A stretch of 64,000 nt of DNA, from positions 178,791-242,790 of the forward strand of contig DJVT01000014.1 of assembly GCA_002441305.1 (NCBI GenBank). Direction: 5' to 3'. This DNA comes from Candidatus Omnitrophica bacterium UBA6249 (GTDB lineage Bacteria > Omnitrophota > Gorgyraeia > Gygaellales > Profunditerraquicolaceae). Below the pieces are notes generated by a model. That model was not told where the DNA came from. It ran no database searches and saw only the letters and a program-made list of their open reading frames with translations. This document shows positions 26,200 to 33,813 of this stretch, in pieces; the stretch's first letter is position 1, and each line of letters starts with the position of its first letter. A program made the position numbers and the translations under genes.

Positions 26200-26436
26200 C
26201 TATAAGCCCAGGGACTGCTTAATCTTTTCCTTGTTGAAACCTACGATAACATCCCCGTCTATTTCCAAAACGGGCACGCCCATCTGTCCGGTCTTCTGCA
26301 TAAGCTCATCCACAGCCTGCTGGCTGGAAGACACATCTACATCCTGAAAGGCAATACTGTTGTCTTTCAGGAACTGTTTGGCCATTACGCACCACGGACA
26401 GGTAGGACTGCTGTATATCTTTACGCTTTTAGCCAT
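26200..26436 (-). CDS. Glutaredoxin/NrdH-like small redoxin
   Basis: 78 aa with a CPWC active site in a thioredoxin-fold context. Confidence 0.8.
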   Translation of the reverse strand: MAKSVKIYSSPTCPWCVMAKQFLKDNSIAFQDVDVSSSQQAVDELMQKTGQMGVPVLEIDGDVIVGFNKEKIKQSLGL

Positions 26437-26437
26437 A

Positions 26438-26908
26438 TCAACCTTCCTTTCTTAAATAAAGGGGTGACAAATTCACTATCGCTTCCACTTCCACGCAAAT
26501 CAGATGCCTGGGGCGCGGCAGGCTTGCTTCAGGGTGATGGGCATTCGATTTTTCCTGGACCAGATTATGCAGGAGCCTTTTCGCCAGGCGGGATGTAATA
26601 TTATCCTCCCATAGTTTTATGAATTCTTCCGGGATATCCTCGCGAAGCACCACCCTGCCGTTCCCTTTAATGCAGTAACCGGAAAATTTGTGTTCATCGA
26701 CCGCGCTGACGCTTAATTTGGAGTTGGTTTTTATATTCTCGGCGGTAACCCCGTGGTACGCGTCAATCAAATAAAGCTGCCCTGCAGGATCAATCTTTAC
26801 TATATCCTTGCAGGAATTATGCGGAAACCCGTTCCTGTCTATCGAAGAAACAGTAACGTAGCTCTGCGTACGCAAGAAATCGATTACTGAAGGGGGTATC
26901 CTGATCAT
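26438..26908 (-). CDS. Pyridoxamine 5'-phosphate oxidase-like (FMN-binding split-barrel) protein
   Basis: 156 aa. The pattern YVTVSSIDRNGFPHNS...LYLIDAYH is consistent with the PNPOx-like family. Moderate confidence only. Confidence 0.5.
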   Translation of the reverse strand: MIRIPPSVIDFLRTQSYVTVSSIDRNGFPHNSCKDIVKIDPAGQLYLIDAYHGVTAENIKTNSKLSVSAVDEHKFSGYCIKGNGRVVLREDIPEEFIKLWEDNITSRLAKRLLHNLVQEKSNAHHPEASLPRPRHLICVEVEAIVNLSPLYLRKEG

Positions 26909-28095
26909 TTATTCAATATATTGGAAAATCTAACTCCGAAATCAAAACAATTCTTCAATTCTTCGCTGTTCGGGGCGTACTTTACGGATACCCCGGGAGT
27001 GTCAAGAACGGCCCCGCAATCCTTAAGCATCTCCCGCATCTCCTCAACCGCCCCGCCCGCCCATCCGTAGGACCCGAAAAACCCTATCTGCCTTCCTCTC
27101 GGCTTCAGCCCTTTCACTATTTCAAGCAAAGAGGCGATATTCGGAAGCATATCGTTGTCATGCGTAGAGGAGCCGAAGATAAATCCCTGCGCGGTAAGCA
27201 TGCGCGTAATAATCTCGGTACGGTCGCTTTTAGCCACATCGAATACAGAAACGGCGGTCCCGGAAGAAGCAATCCCGTCCGCTATTCTCCGGGCCATTAT
27301 TTCAGTTGCTCCCCACATGGTTTCGTAAGCGATTACCGCTCTTTTACTGGTCTGCCCTTTGGCCCAGGAAATATATGAATCTATGATCCGCGCAGGTTCG
27401 GTGCGCCATATCACCCCATGGCTCGGAGCTATCATCTTGATCGAAATGCCCAGCTTGCTTACTTCTTCAATCTTCTTCAGGATAATCGAACCGAGCGGCC
27501 AAAGGATATTCGCATAATATTTTTCCGCCTCCTCCATTAAACTACATTTATCCACCTGGTCGTCGAAACGCCCGGATGTAGCATAATGCTGCCCAAAGGC
27601 GTCGTTGGGCATGAGCAGGGAATCCTGCGGGCAATAAGTGAACATGCTGTCCGGCCAATGGACCATCGGCGCCTCCAGGAACATCAGAGTGCGCCTGCCC
27701 AGCTTCAACTCATCGCCTGTTTTAACTACCTGAAAATCCCAGTCGCCGTAGTAATTCTTATAAAGCCCGTCTTTGCATTTAGCCGTACCGACAAGTTTAG
27801 CCCGGGGGCATAATTTCATGAGCTCCGGCAAGGCCCCGGAGTGGTCCGTTTCCACGTGATTTACCACAATATAATCTATTCTGTCCACGGGGATCAGCTC
27901 CCGGATATTCTCGATCAGCTCCCGGGAAAAAGGACCATAAACGGTATCTATAAGGGCTACCTTTTCGTCCAGGATAAGATAAGAATTGTAGGTCGAACCC
28001 CTTGACGTCGTATATGTGTGGCCGTGGAAATTACGTACATTCCAATCGACCACCCCCACCGAGTATATATCCGGTAAAATTTTTACGGCAGGCAT
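26905..28095 (-). CDS. Flavodiiron protein (FprA / rubredoxin:oxygen oxidoreductase type)
   Basis: 396 aa. Metallo-beta-lactamase-like domain with the NHVETDHSGALP di-iron motif, plus a C-terminal flavodoxin domain. Confidence 0.9.
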   Translation of the reverse strand: MPAVKILPDIYSVGVVDWNVRNFHGHTYTTSRGSTYNSYLILDEKVALIDTVYGPFSRELIENIRELIPVDRIDYIVVNHVETDHSGALPELMKLCPRAKLVGTAKCKDGLYKNYYGDWDFQVVKTGDELKLGRRTLMFLEAPMVHWPDSMFTYCPQDSLLMPNDAFGQHYATSGRFDDQVDKCSLMEEAEKYYANILWPLGSIILKKIEEVSKLGISIKMIAPSHGVIWRTEPARIIDSYISWAKGQTSKRAVIAYETMWGATEIMARRIADGIASSGTAVSVFDVAKSDRTEIITRMLTAQGFIFGSSTHDNDMLPNIASLLEIVKGLKPRGRQIGFFGSYGWAGGAVEEMREMLKDCGAVLDTPGVSVKYAPNSEELKNCFDFGVRFSNILNK

Positions 28096-28122
28096 AAGCC
28101 CTCCTTCCTTCTCCAGGCAAAA

Positions 28123-28827
28123 TCAATACCCCTGGAAATTCTCCGTGACGATCAGCCCCTTATCCAGCCCAAGCTCTTTTTCCAGGATGGCGCGCATCGC
28201 AGCAACCATCTGGGGAGGCCCGCAGAGGTAAAATCTCCGGTCCATGTAATCCGGGACTTCCTTTCTTATCAGCCCGGCGTCAATCTGCCCGGTACTGCAT
28301 TTAAATCCCGGCTCTGCTTCGCATAATACATGGACGAGGCGTAAAAGGGGATAAGCGGCGCTCAGTGCGGAAAAATCATCCGCAAAGACTATATCCCGCA
28401 TAGAACGGTTGGCATATATGAGCACGATATCCTTGCCGATATTCTTATCCACGGCGTATTTGCACATACTCCTCACGGGAGTTATCCCGATTCCCCCGGA
28501 CAAAAAAGCTATCTTGTGCGGGGAATCCTGGAGAGTAAAACTGCCGAAAGGATACCTCACCTTCACGCTGTCGCCGGGTTTAAGGCGGTCCAGTGCGGAA
28601 GAAAAACCGCTCTGCGTAATCTTCTTAGTGAACTCCAAATAACCCTTCTCGGTAGGGGAGCTGGAAATGGAAAGGTATCTTTTTAACCCGGGGTCATCCC
28701 CCAAGGCAACCATAAGAAACTGGCCGGCGCTGAAATCAATCCATTCGGGGGCTGCCAGGCGGAAACTCTTTACATTATAGCTCCTGCGAATGACCTCTTT
28801 TATCTCGAGCAGCTTCTCTGCCTGCAT
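28123..28827 (-). CDS. FNR-type FAD/NAD(P)-binding oxidoreductase
   Basis: RYLSISS (RxYS FAD motif), GGIGITP and CGPPQM motifs. The start is set at the ATG preceded by GGGAGG. The ORF-track start at 28845 has no SD. Confidence 0.8.
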   Translation of the reverse strand: MQAEKLLEIKEVIRRSYNVKSFRLAAPEWIDFSAGQFLMVALGDDPGLKRYLSISSSPTEKGYLEFTKKITQSGFSSALDRLKPGDSVKVRYPFGSFTLQDSPHKIAFLSGGIGITPVRSMCKYAVDKNIGKDIVLIYANRSMRDIVFADDFSALSAAYPLLRLVHVLCEAEPGFKCSTGQIDAGLIRKEVPDYMDRRFYLCGPPQMVAAMRAILEKELGLDKGLIVTENFQGY

Positions 28828-28851
28828 GCCCCTGTCCCCTCCCATAGACGG

Positions 28852-29367
28852 CTATCCGTTCTTGAGGACTTCCTGAAGCGCGGAAAAAACTTCGTCAAAA
28901 TCCAGCGGATGCGTCACTTCTCCGGCGACCTGCATATACCTGATCTTGCCATTCCTGTCGATAACCAAAGATCCCCTGGCCAAAAGGTTAATCTCCCTGA
29001 TAAGCAACCCGTAATTCAAACCAAAAGAAGAGGATTTATAATCGGAAAGAATGACCTCGTTTTCTACCCCGTTAAGCGCACAGAATCTTGCCTGGGCGAA
29101 AGGAAGGTCCTTGCTTACCCCGATTACCACAACATCCGGGCTGATCCCCGCGGCCCTCTTGTTGAACTCCTTGACCTGTAAGTCGCACACCGGGGTATCC
29201 AGGGAAGGGAAAGAATTAATCACTAAAGTTTTTCCCTTGAAGTCGGAAAAAGAAACATCTTTAAAATCCCGGGATACCAGTTTAAAATCCGGGGCACGGC
29301 CTCCTATCCGGATACGCCTGCCGGCCAAAGCCATCTTTACGCCCTGAAATGTAACTATCCTGGACAT
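28852..29367 (-). CDS. tpx: Thiol peroxidase
   Basis: Trimmed to MSRIVTFQG, preceded by GAGGAGG. The PSLDTPVCDLQ peroxidatic-Cys motif is present. Confidence 0.85.
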   Translation of the reverse strand: MSRIVTFQGVKMALAGRRIRIGGRAPDFKLVSRDFKDVSFSDFKGKTLVINSFPSLDTPVCDLQVKEFNKRAAGISPDVVVIGVSKDLPFAQARFCALNGVENEVILSDYKSSSFGLNYGLLIREINLLARGSLVIDRNGKIRYMQVAGEVTHPLDFDEVFSALQEVLKNG

Positions 29368-29378
29368 ACAGGTCCTCC

Positions 29379-29540
29379 TCAGGCTACCTTCTCGAACTGG
29401 TCCTTGCCTACGCCGCATTCGGGGCAGACCCAGTTGTCAGGCAAAGATTCAAAGCTGGTGCCAGGAGCAATCCCGTTATCCGGATCCCCTGTCTTAGGGT
29501 CATAAATATATCCGCAAACCGTACATTTGTATTTATCCAT
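29379..29540 (-). CDS. Rubredoxin (53 aa; missing from the ORF track because it is under 60 aa)
   Basis: Own translation: [53 protein letters not shown], then TGA. Both CxxCG knuckles are present, with SD AAGGAGG upstream. Confidence 0.95.
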   Translation of the reverse strand: MDKYKCTVCGYIYDPKTGDPDNGIAPGTSFESLPDNWVCPECGVGKDQFEKVA

Positions 29541-29572
29541 CAACGCCTCCTTTTACGAAAAACATCTCCCTA

Positions 29573-29968
29573 TCAGACAACATCCACTTCTTTCCCGCTT
29601 TTCCAGACGCCATGTATGTTGCAGTAAGAGACCGCCATAAGCGTACCTTTTTTCTCCGTCTTTAGACACCCGCCCGCCGAAGGTTCGGAAAAGACAGTGC
29701 TCGTATTCGGCCCCTGCACGGATTCCCCGTGCGCTCCAAACTCAAAACGCGCCACCTGGCAGGGAAACTTATCCCCTTCCGCCAGGAAATAAACCTCGAT
29801 GGACCTTATATGATGTTCGGTAGTATTAGGATGGGGAATCTGCTTGCCCACGCTTACATCGAACTTTAAAATCTGTCCCTTTTTCACCGTCTCCGGACAG
29901 TCGATAACCGGGACATGCTTTTCCGCCTTCCAATCCGCACTCTGCAGCAAATCCTTGAAATCAACCAT
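29573..29968 (-). CDS. sor: Superoxide reductase (1Fe-SOR / neelaredoxin type)
   Basis: 131 aa. EKHVPVI, HPNTTEHHI and YCNIHGVW ligand motifs. No N-terminal desulforedoxin domain. Confidence 0.9.
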   Translation of the reverse strand: MVDFKDLLQSADWKAEKHVPVIDCPETVKKGQILKFDVSVGKQIPHPNTTEHHIRSIEVYFLAEGDKFPCQVARFEFGAHGESVQGPNTSTVFSEPSAGGCLKTEKKGTLMAVSYCNIHGVWKSGKEVDVV

Positions 29969-30134
29969 AACACACCTCCCTGATTATTATCCGTTAAACA
30001 CGCTTTCCATGCCTCTGCCGTAAACGCCTGAGCCGCATAGGGGGTATCCGACTATCAAGATACAATAAAGCGGGCGCCATAGCAAATGCTTTTTACCCGC
30101 ACGCAAGGAATATCCTGCGGGGATACGCTGCTGC

Positions 30135-30542
30135 TTAAGCCCGCCCGGCTTTTATCAAAGAAGCTATGTTTATCTCCTTGAGCTGCCTGAAAACCCCTTT
30201 TTCTATCAAGCATAATTTCTTCCTCAGCGCGCAGTGGGGCCTTTCGGGGCAGACCTCTTTTTTCAAAAAACACGAACTGAGTTCCGGTTTACCCTGGAAG
30301 ATCCGCATTATACCGAACACGGAGACAGCCGCGGCGGGCCTCTTGAGCCTGAAACCTCCATGCTGGCCCTTAGTCGAACCCAGGATGCCGCTTTTGTTCA
30401 ACTTCTGCAGTATCTTACGCATGAACGGACGAGGCACCCCGAGGTTTGCGACAAGCTCATCCACCTTTACCACTTCCCTGTTACTTGCTATATAGCAAAG
30501 GGCGCGCAGGGCATAATCACTGTCGCGGGTTATAAATTTCAT
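30135..30542 (-). CDS. Rrf2-family transcriptional regulator with three C-terminal cysteines
   Basis: Trimmed to MKFITRDSDYALRALCYIA (wHTH), preceded by GGGAGG. The Cys triad in CFLKKEVCPERPHC fits the Fe-S-binding Rrf2 subgroup pattern. Confidence 0.85.
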   Translation of the reverse strand: MKFITRDSDYALRALCYIASNREVVKVDELVANLGVPRPFMRKILQKLNKSGILGSTKGQHGGFRLKRPAAAVSVFGIMRIFQGKPELSSCFLKKEVCPERPHCALRKKLCLIEKGVFRQLKEINIASLIKAGRA

Positions 30543-30579
30543 GTCTCTTCCGGCCTCCCGTATCCTTTTGCGCTTACAA

Positions 30580-30611
30580 ACAAATGATACTATATTAGTA
30601 TCATTTGTCAA
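30580..30611 (-). promoter_or_regulatory. Promoter (TTGACA-N16-TATCAT) overlapped by a perfect 13-3-13 palindrome (putative Rrf2 operator)
   Basis: ACAAATGATACTA-TAT-TAGTATCATTTGT spans 30580-30608. On the minus strand the -35 TTGACA is at 30611-30606 and the -10 TATCAT at 30589-30584. Confidence 0.65.
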
Positions 30612-30636
30612 GTAATTTCTTTAAGACATCGCGTAT

Positions 30637-30981
30637 TTACTGCACGGTTATGCGTTTTTTCAGCTTCCCTCCGATACTGCAGTACCCCTTCACGGATATC
30701 TCATCTCCTACCTTGGCATCTGGTATAAAATAAACCACGTGCTGGGAGGAGCCGTCATCCTGCCTGGAGATCTCCTGCTGGAGGATTTCCTTCCCGTTCA
30801 GGGAAATATCTACTTTTTTAATATAATGCGCGGAGGGGTTGCTTGTCCCGTGCTCGATAACCGCTCTCAGCATTTTCGTGGAAGGATCATAGGAAATCTT
30901 GATATCGCGCGGCGGATGGGCATAGGCAGAAGTTACGCAGATTGCACAGAAACAGATTAACACAAACAGGGTCCTTTTCAT
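30637..30981 (-). CDS. Exported SOR-like small beta-sandwich protein (His/His/His/Cys pattern)
   Basis: Trimmed to MKRTLFVLICFCAICVTSAYA|HPP, a Sec-type signal. EHGTSNPSAHYIKKVDISL and GYCSIGG align to HPNTTEHHIRSIEVYF and SYCNIHG of the SOR at 29573-29968. Confidence 0.55.
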   Translation of the reverse strand: MKRTLFVLICFCAICVTSAYAHPPRDIKISYDPSTKMLRAVIEHGTSNPSAHYIKKVDISLNGKEILQQEISRQDDGSSQHVVYFIPDAKVGDEISVKGYCSIGGKLKKRITVQ

Positions 30982-31727
30982 TTCTTCCTCCTTTCCGGAA
31001 TCATGTTTAAAAAAGGCACTGCCAGGTTCATCAACAGTAAGGCGGCCAGCTCTGCATCGAAACCGGCCCGCGCCTGGACAAAAATGAATATCCAGCATGC
31101 CGCCGCAGCACCGAAGAAGACTTTTGCAAAATTCTTGACGGGAGTGGTCTTCGGTTCAATAAGCATTATGAATATATAAAAATAACTGAAGTAGCCGAAT
31201 ATGCCGGAAGGCGCGGAGTTGTTTACGAGAGATTGCAGCCCGAAGAGCAGGAATGAAACCGCGAAATACCCCGCCAGCAGGCCGATCTTCCTTACTTGAT
31301 AAGCAAAATAAATCCCGGCAGGGACAAGAATCTGCCATAAGAACGTGCCGCTCCACTGCGTGTTGGCCTTAAACAGGATAAAGACAAAGAATATCCCGAA
31401 AGCGGCGGGATTAAATATGTGTTTTTTGCGGAAGCGGATCAGGTACTTCGACGATATGGCCGCCAGGGAAGAAAGAAATATTACCCACCACGGTTCGTCT
31501 CCGGCAATAACAAGCCCCACAATCAAAGCGGATATCGCGGAGCTGGAAGGGAAAGAAAATTTTTGTTTCTTTAGAAAGAAGAAAAGCGATTCCGCCGCAG
31601 CAGCCCCGCAAAAGGAGAAGAAAAGGGCCCTCGGGAGAAAACTCCCTTGCGCATACAGGAGCAGCGTGAATAAGGCAAGGAAGGCGATAAGTTTGCCTTT
31701 AACCGTAAAAGTTTTTATCATTTCCAC
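30978..31727 (-). CDS. Orphan RnfD/NqrB-like polytopic membrane protein
   Basis: 249 aa. HIFNPAAFGIFF resembles the NIFNPALVG motif of RnfD in this window. ATGA overlap with the downstream exported protein. Confidence 0.55.
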   Translation of the reverse strand: MEMIKTFTVKGKLIAFLALFTLLLYAQGSFLPRALFFSFCGAAAAESLFFFLKKQKFSFPSSSAISALIVGLVIAGDEPWWVIFLSSLAAISSKYLIRFRKKHIFNPAAFGIFFVFILFKANTQWSGTFLWQILVPAGIYFAYQVRKIGLLAGYFAVSFLLFGLQSLVNNSAPSGIFGYFSYFYIFIMLIEPKTTPVKNFAKVFFGAAAACWIFIFVQARAGFDAELAALLLMNLAVPFLNMIPERRKK

Positions 31728-32986
31728 ACAAACCAGACAAATAAATAGGCGGAAAGGACGGCGGCAAGAGTAAAAGGAACGCCTATCTTTACAAAATCTC
31801 CGAATCTGACAATATACCCCTCTTTTTTAAGCAATCCGCAGGATACGATATTCGCCGATGCCCCGATAGGAGTAATATTCCCCCCCAGGCTGGCTCCGAT
31901 AAGCAGGCCGAACAGGAATAAAGCGGGTTCAATATTAAGTCTTAAAGACATATTCATCGCCACGGGAAGCATGGCAGCCAAAAAAGGCACATTGTCGACA
32001 AAAGCCGAAACCATCACCGAAAAAAATACTATGGCGGTATAAGCGAGGAATATATTGCCCCCCACGAGCCCCGCAAGGCAATCTGCCAGCCTGTCTACCC
32101 ATCCGGTGAGGGAAAGCGCCCCTATTATGACAAAGATGCTCGCAAGAAAAAGAGTAGTATCCCAATCAAGCCCCTTGAGCGCGGGAAATACGGAGCGGCC
32201 CGTAGACAACCTGTCCCAAAACAACGAAACGGCTCCGCAGGCCATACAGATCATTCCAGCCGCATACTCACAACCCGTATCGATAAAAGAAGATAAAGCC
32301 AGCGTAACAATCAACCCCGTCAGAATCCAGGTGGGGACCCAGGAAGATACTTTTTCCACCGGGATAATGCGGGTTTTTTGCCTGTGCCGGGCGAATAGAA
32401 AGTAAAGGACAACAAGGGATGCCAGCGCGCCGAGTTCTACGGCAAAGAATATGCTCAACCTGCCTTTGTAAAGAAAAAAGTCTCCGAAATTCATCTTGGC
32501 CACCCCTCCCAGGAGCATGCTCGGAGGATCGCCGATTAAAGTCGCCGCCCCCTGTAAATTGCTGGAGACGGCTATGGCAATCATCATGCTCACCGGATTC
32601 ATCTTAAGCTTCCTGGCTAAAGAAAGGGCTATGGGGGCGACAATTAAGACAGTAGCTACATTTTCCACAAACGCGGAGATAAATCCGGTAAGGGCGCAGA
32701 TGAACAAAATAGCCCAAAGGGTGTTTTTTGCCTTGTCTACGATTATTTCTGCACAATAGGCAGGCACCCTGCTGCGCATAAAGACATCGGCGACAGCCAA
32801 GGTCCCTACAAAGATCCCCATGACATTCCAATTAACGGCGGAAAAAGCCTCCCCCCAGGACAGGACGCGTAAAAAGATAAGCAAAAACCCCCCGGCAAAT
32901 GCTGCCAAAGTACGTTTTTGAGGAAAGATTACGAACGAAAGGTAAGAAAAAATAAAAATAAATAATGCTATCCAGTCCCGCCCCAT
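31718..32986 (-). CDS. ArsB/NhaD-superfamily (CitMHS-like) permease
   Basis: 422 aa, polytopic. VNWNVMGIFVGTLAVAD and FISAFVENVATVLIVAPIAL are typical of this superfamily. Confidence 0.7.
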   Translation of the reverse strand: MGRDWIALFIFIFSYLSFVIFPQKRTLAAFAGGFLLIFLRVLSWGEAFSAVNWNVMGIFVGTLAVADVFMRSRVPAYCAEIIVDKAKNTLWAILFICALTGFISAFVENVATVLIVAPIALSLARKLKMNPVSMMIAIAVSSNLQGAATLIGDPPSMLLGGVAKMNFGDFFLYKGRLSIFFAVELGALASLVVLYFLFARHRQKTRIIPVEKVSSWVPTWILTGLIVTLALSSFIDTGCEYAAGMICMACGAVSLFWDRLSTGRSVFPALKGLDWDTTLFLASIFVIIGALSLTGWVDRLADCLAGLVGGNIFLAYTAIVFFSVMVSAFVDNVPFLAAMLPVAMNMSLRLNIEPALFLFGLLIGASLGGNITPIGASANIVSCGLLKKEGYIVRFGDFVKIGVPFTLAAVLSAYLFVWFVWK

Positions 32987-33016
32987 GCCGCTCCCCGTAA
33001 ACCGCCTTCCCGCGCC

Positions 33017-33412
33017 TCAGTTAAGGCTTATGAATACTATCCCGGCAACGATCAACCCTGTGCCCAGCCAACGCAAACCGGTAAATTTCTCCTTTAAAAT
33101 AAACCTGGAGGCAAAAGCTATGAATATGTAATGCATACTGTCGGCCGAAAAAGCAAAATTCAGGTCAGCCCGGCCGAGCACCAGGAGCCAGATACATAAT
33201 GATACCACGCTGAAGACAAAACTCAACCATACCCTTGGTTTGGCGAGAAGACGGAAAATGAAATTGAAAATCCCTGCAATATTCGCTTTCAGGGGAAACC
33301 CCAGGGAATCTATTGCCGATTTCAAAAAAAGCTGGTTTACGGTATCGCACATGCTGGTTAAGGCAATCATGGAAAGGGTAATCAGCAATCCGTCTTTCAT
33401 TTGTCCCGGCAA
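33017..33412 (-). CDS. Half-size EamA/DMT membrane protein (ArnE/ArnF-like)
   Basis: 131 aa with 4 TM helices. It overlaps the upstream paralog by 16 nt. Confidence 0.6.
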   Translation of the reverse strand: MPGQMKDGLLITLSMIALTSMCDTVNQLFLKSAIDSLGFPLKANIAGIFNFIFRLLAKPRVWLSFVFSVVSLCIWLLVLGRADLNFAFSADSMHYIFIAFASRFILKEKFTGLRWLGTGLIVAGIVFISLN

Positions 33413-33813
33413 AGCCTTTCTTTACTGCTCAACGATACAAGGATAACCCCGGAAAGAATCAGCAATATCCCTATCCATCTTAAGGCCGATATTTTTTCAT
33501 CCAGGAAAAACATCGACACCAAAGGCACCATAATATAACTGAAACTGGCTATGGGTACGGCGACACTTAAATCTATCTTTGAGAGCACCGTGGTCCAGAT
33601 GACAAAAACCAGCGCAACAATAAATAACCCCGCCCAGAGGAAAGGCGAAAGGAACACCCCTTTAAGAAAAATAGCCGCCGCGGACAGATCGCCTACGTGA
33701 AGCGCAGCCTCGGATAACGCCCCTTTCTTGAAAAAGAAATGTATTGCGGTCTCCAGTATGTCGCTGATAATAAGCAATAACAGTATTTTTAGAGTTACCT
33801 TTTTTGCGGGCAC
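33397..33813 (-). CDS. Half-size EamA/DMT membrane protein (ArnE/ArnF-like)
   Basis: 138 aa with 4 TM helices. It is paired with 33017-33412, as in heterodimeric small flippases. Confidence 0.6.
   Translation of the reverse strand: MPAKKVTLKILLLLIISDILETAIHFFFKKGALSEAALHVGDLSAAAIFLKGVFLSPFLWAGLFIVALVFVIWTTVLSKIDLSVAVPIASFSYIMVPLVSMFFLDEKISALRWIGILLILSGVILVSLSSKERLCRDK

Noticed and set aside
25274-26347. 357-aa plus-strand ORF
   Set aside because: It is antisense to the trxB-like and glutaredoxin-like genes, which have clear motifs. The composition is shadow-ORF-like and it has no SD.
30055-30273. 72-aa minus-strand ORF in or overlapping the rrf2 3' end and the rrf2-sor spacer
   Set aside because: It is in a different frame overlapping rrf2. 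It has no SD and no recognisable fold pattern, so the region is better explained as a spacer.
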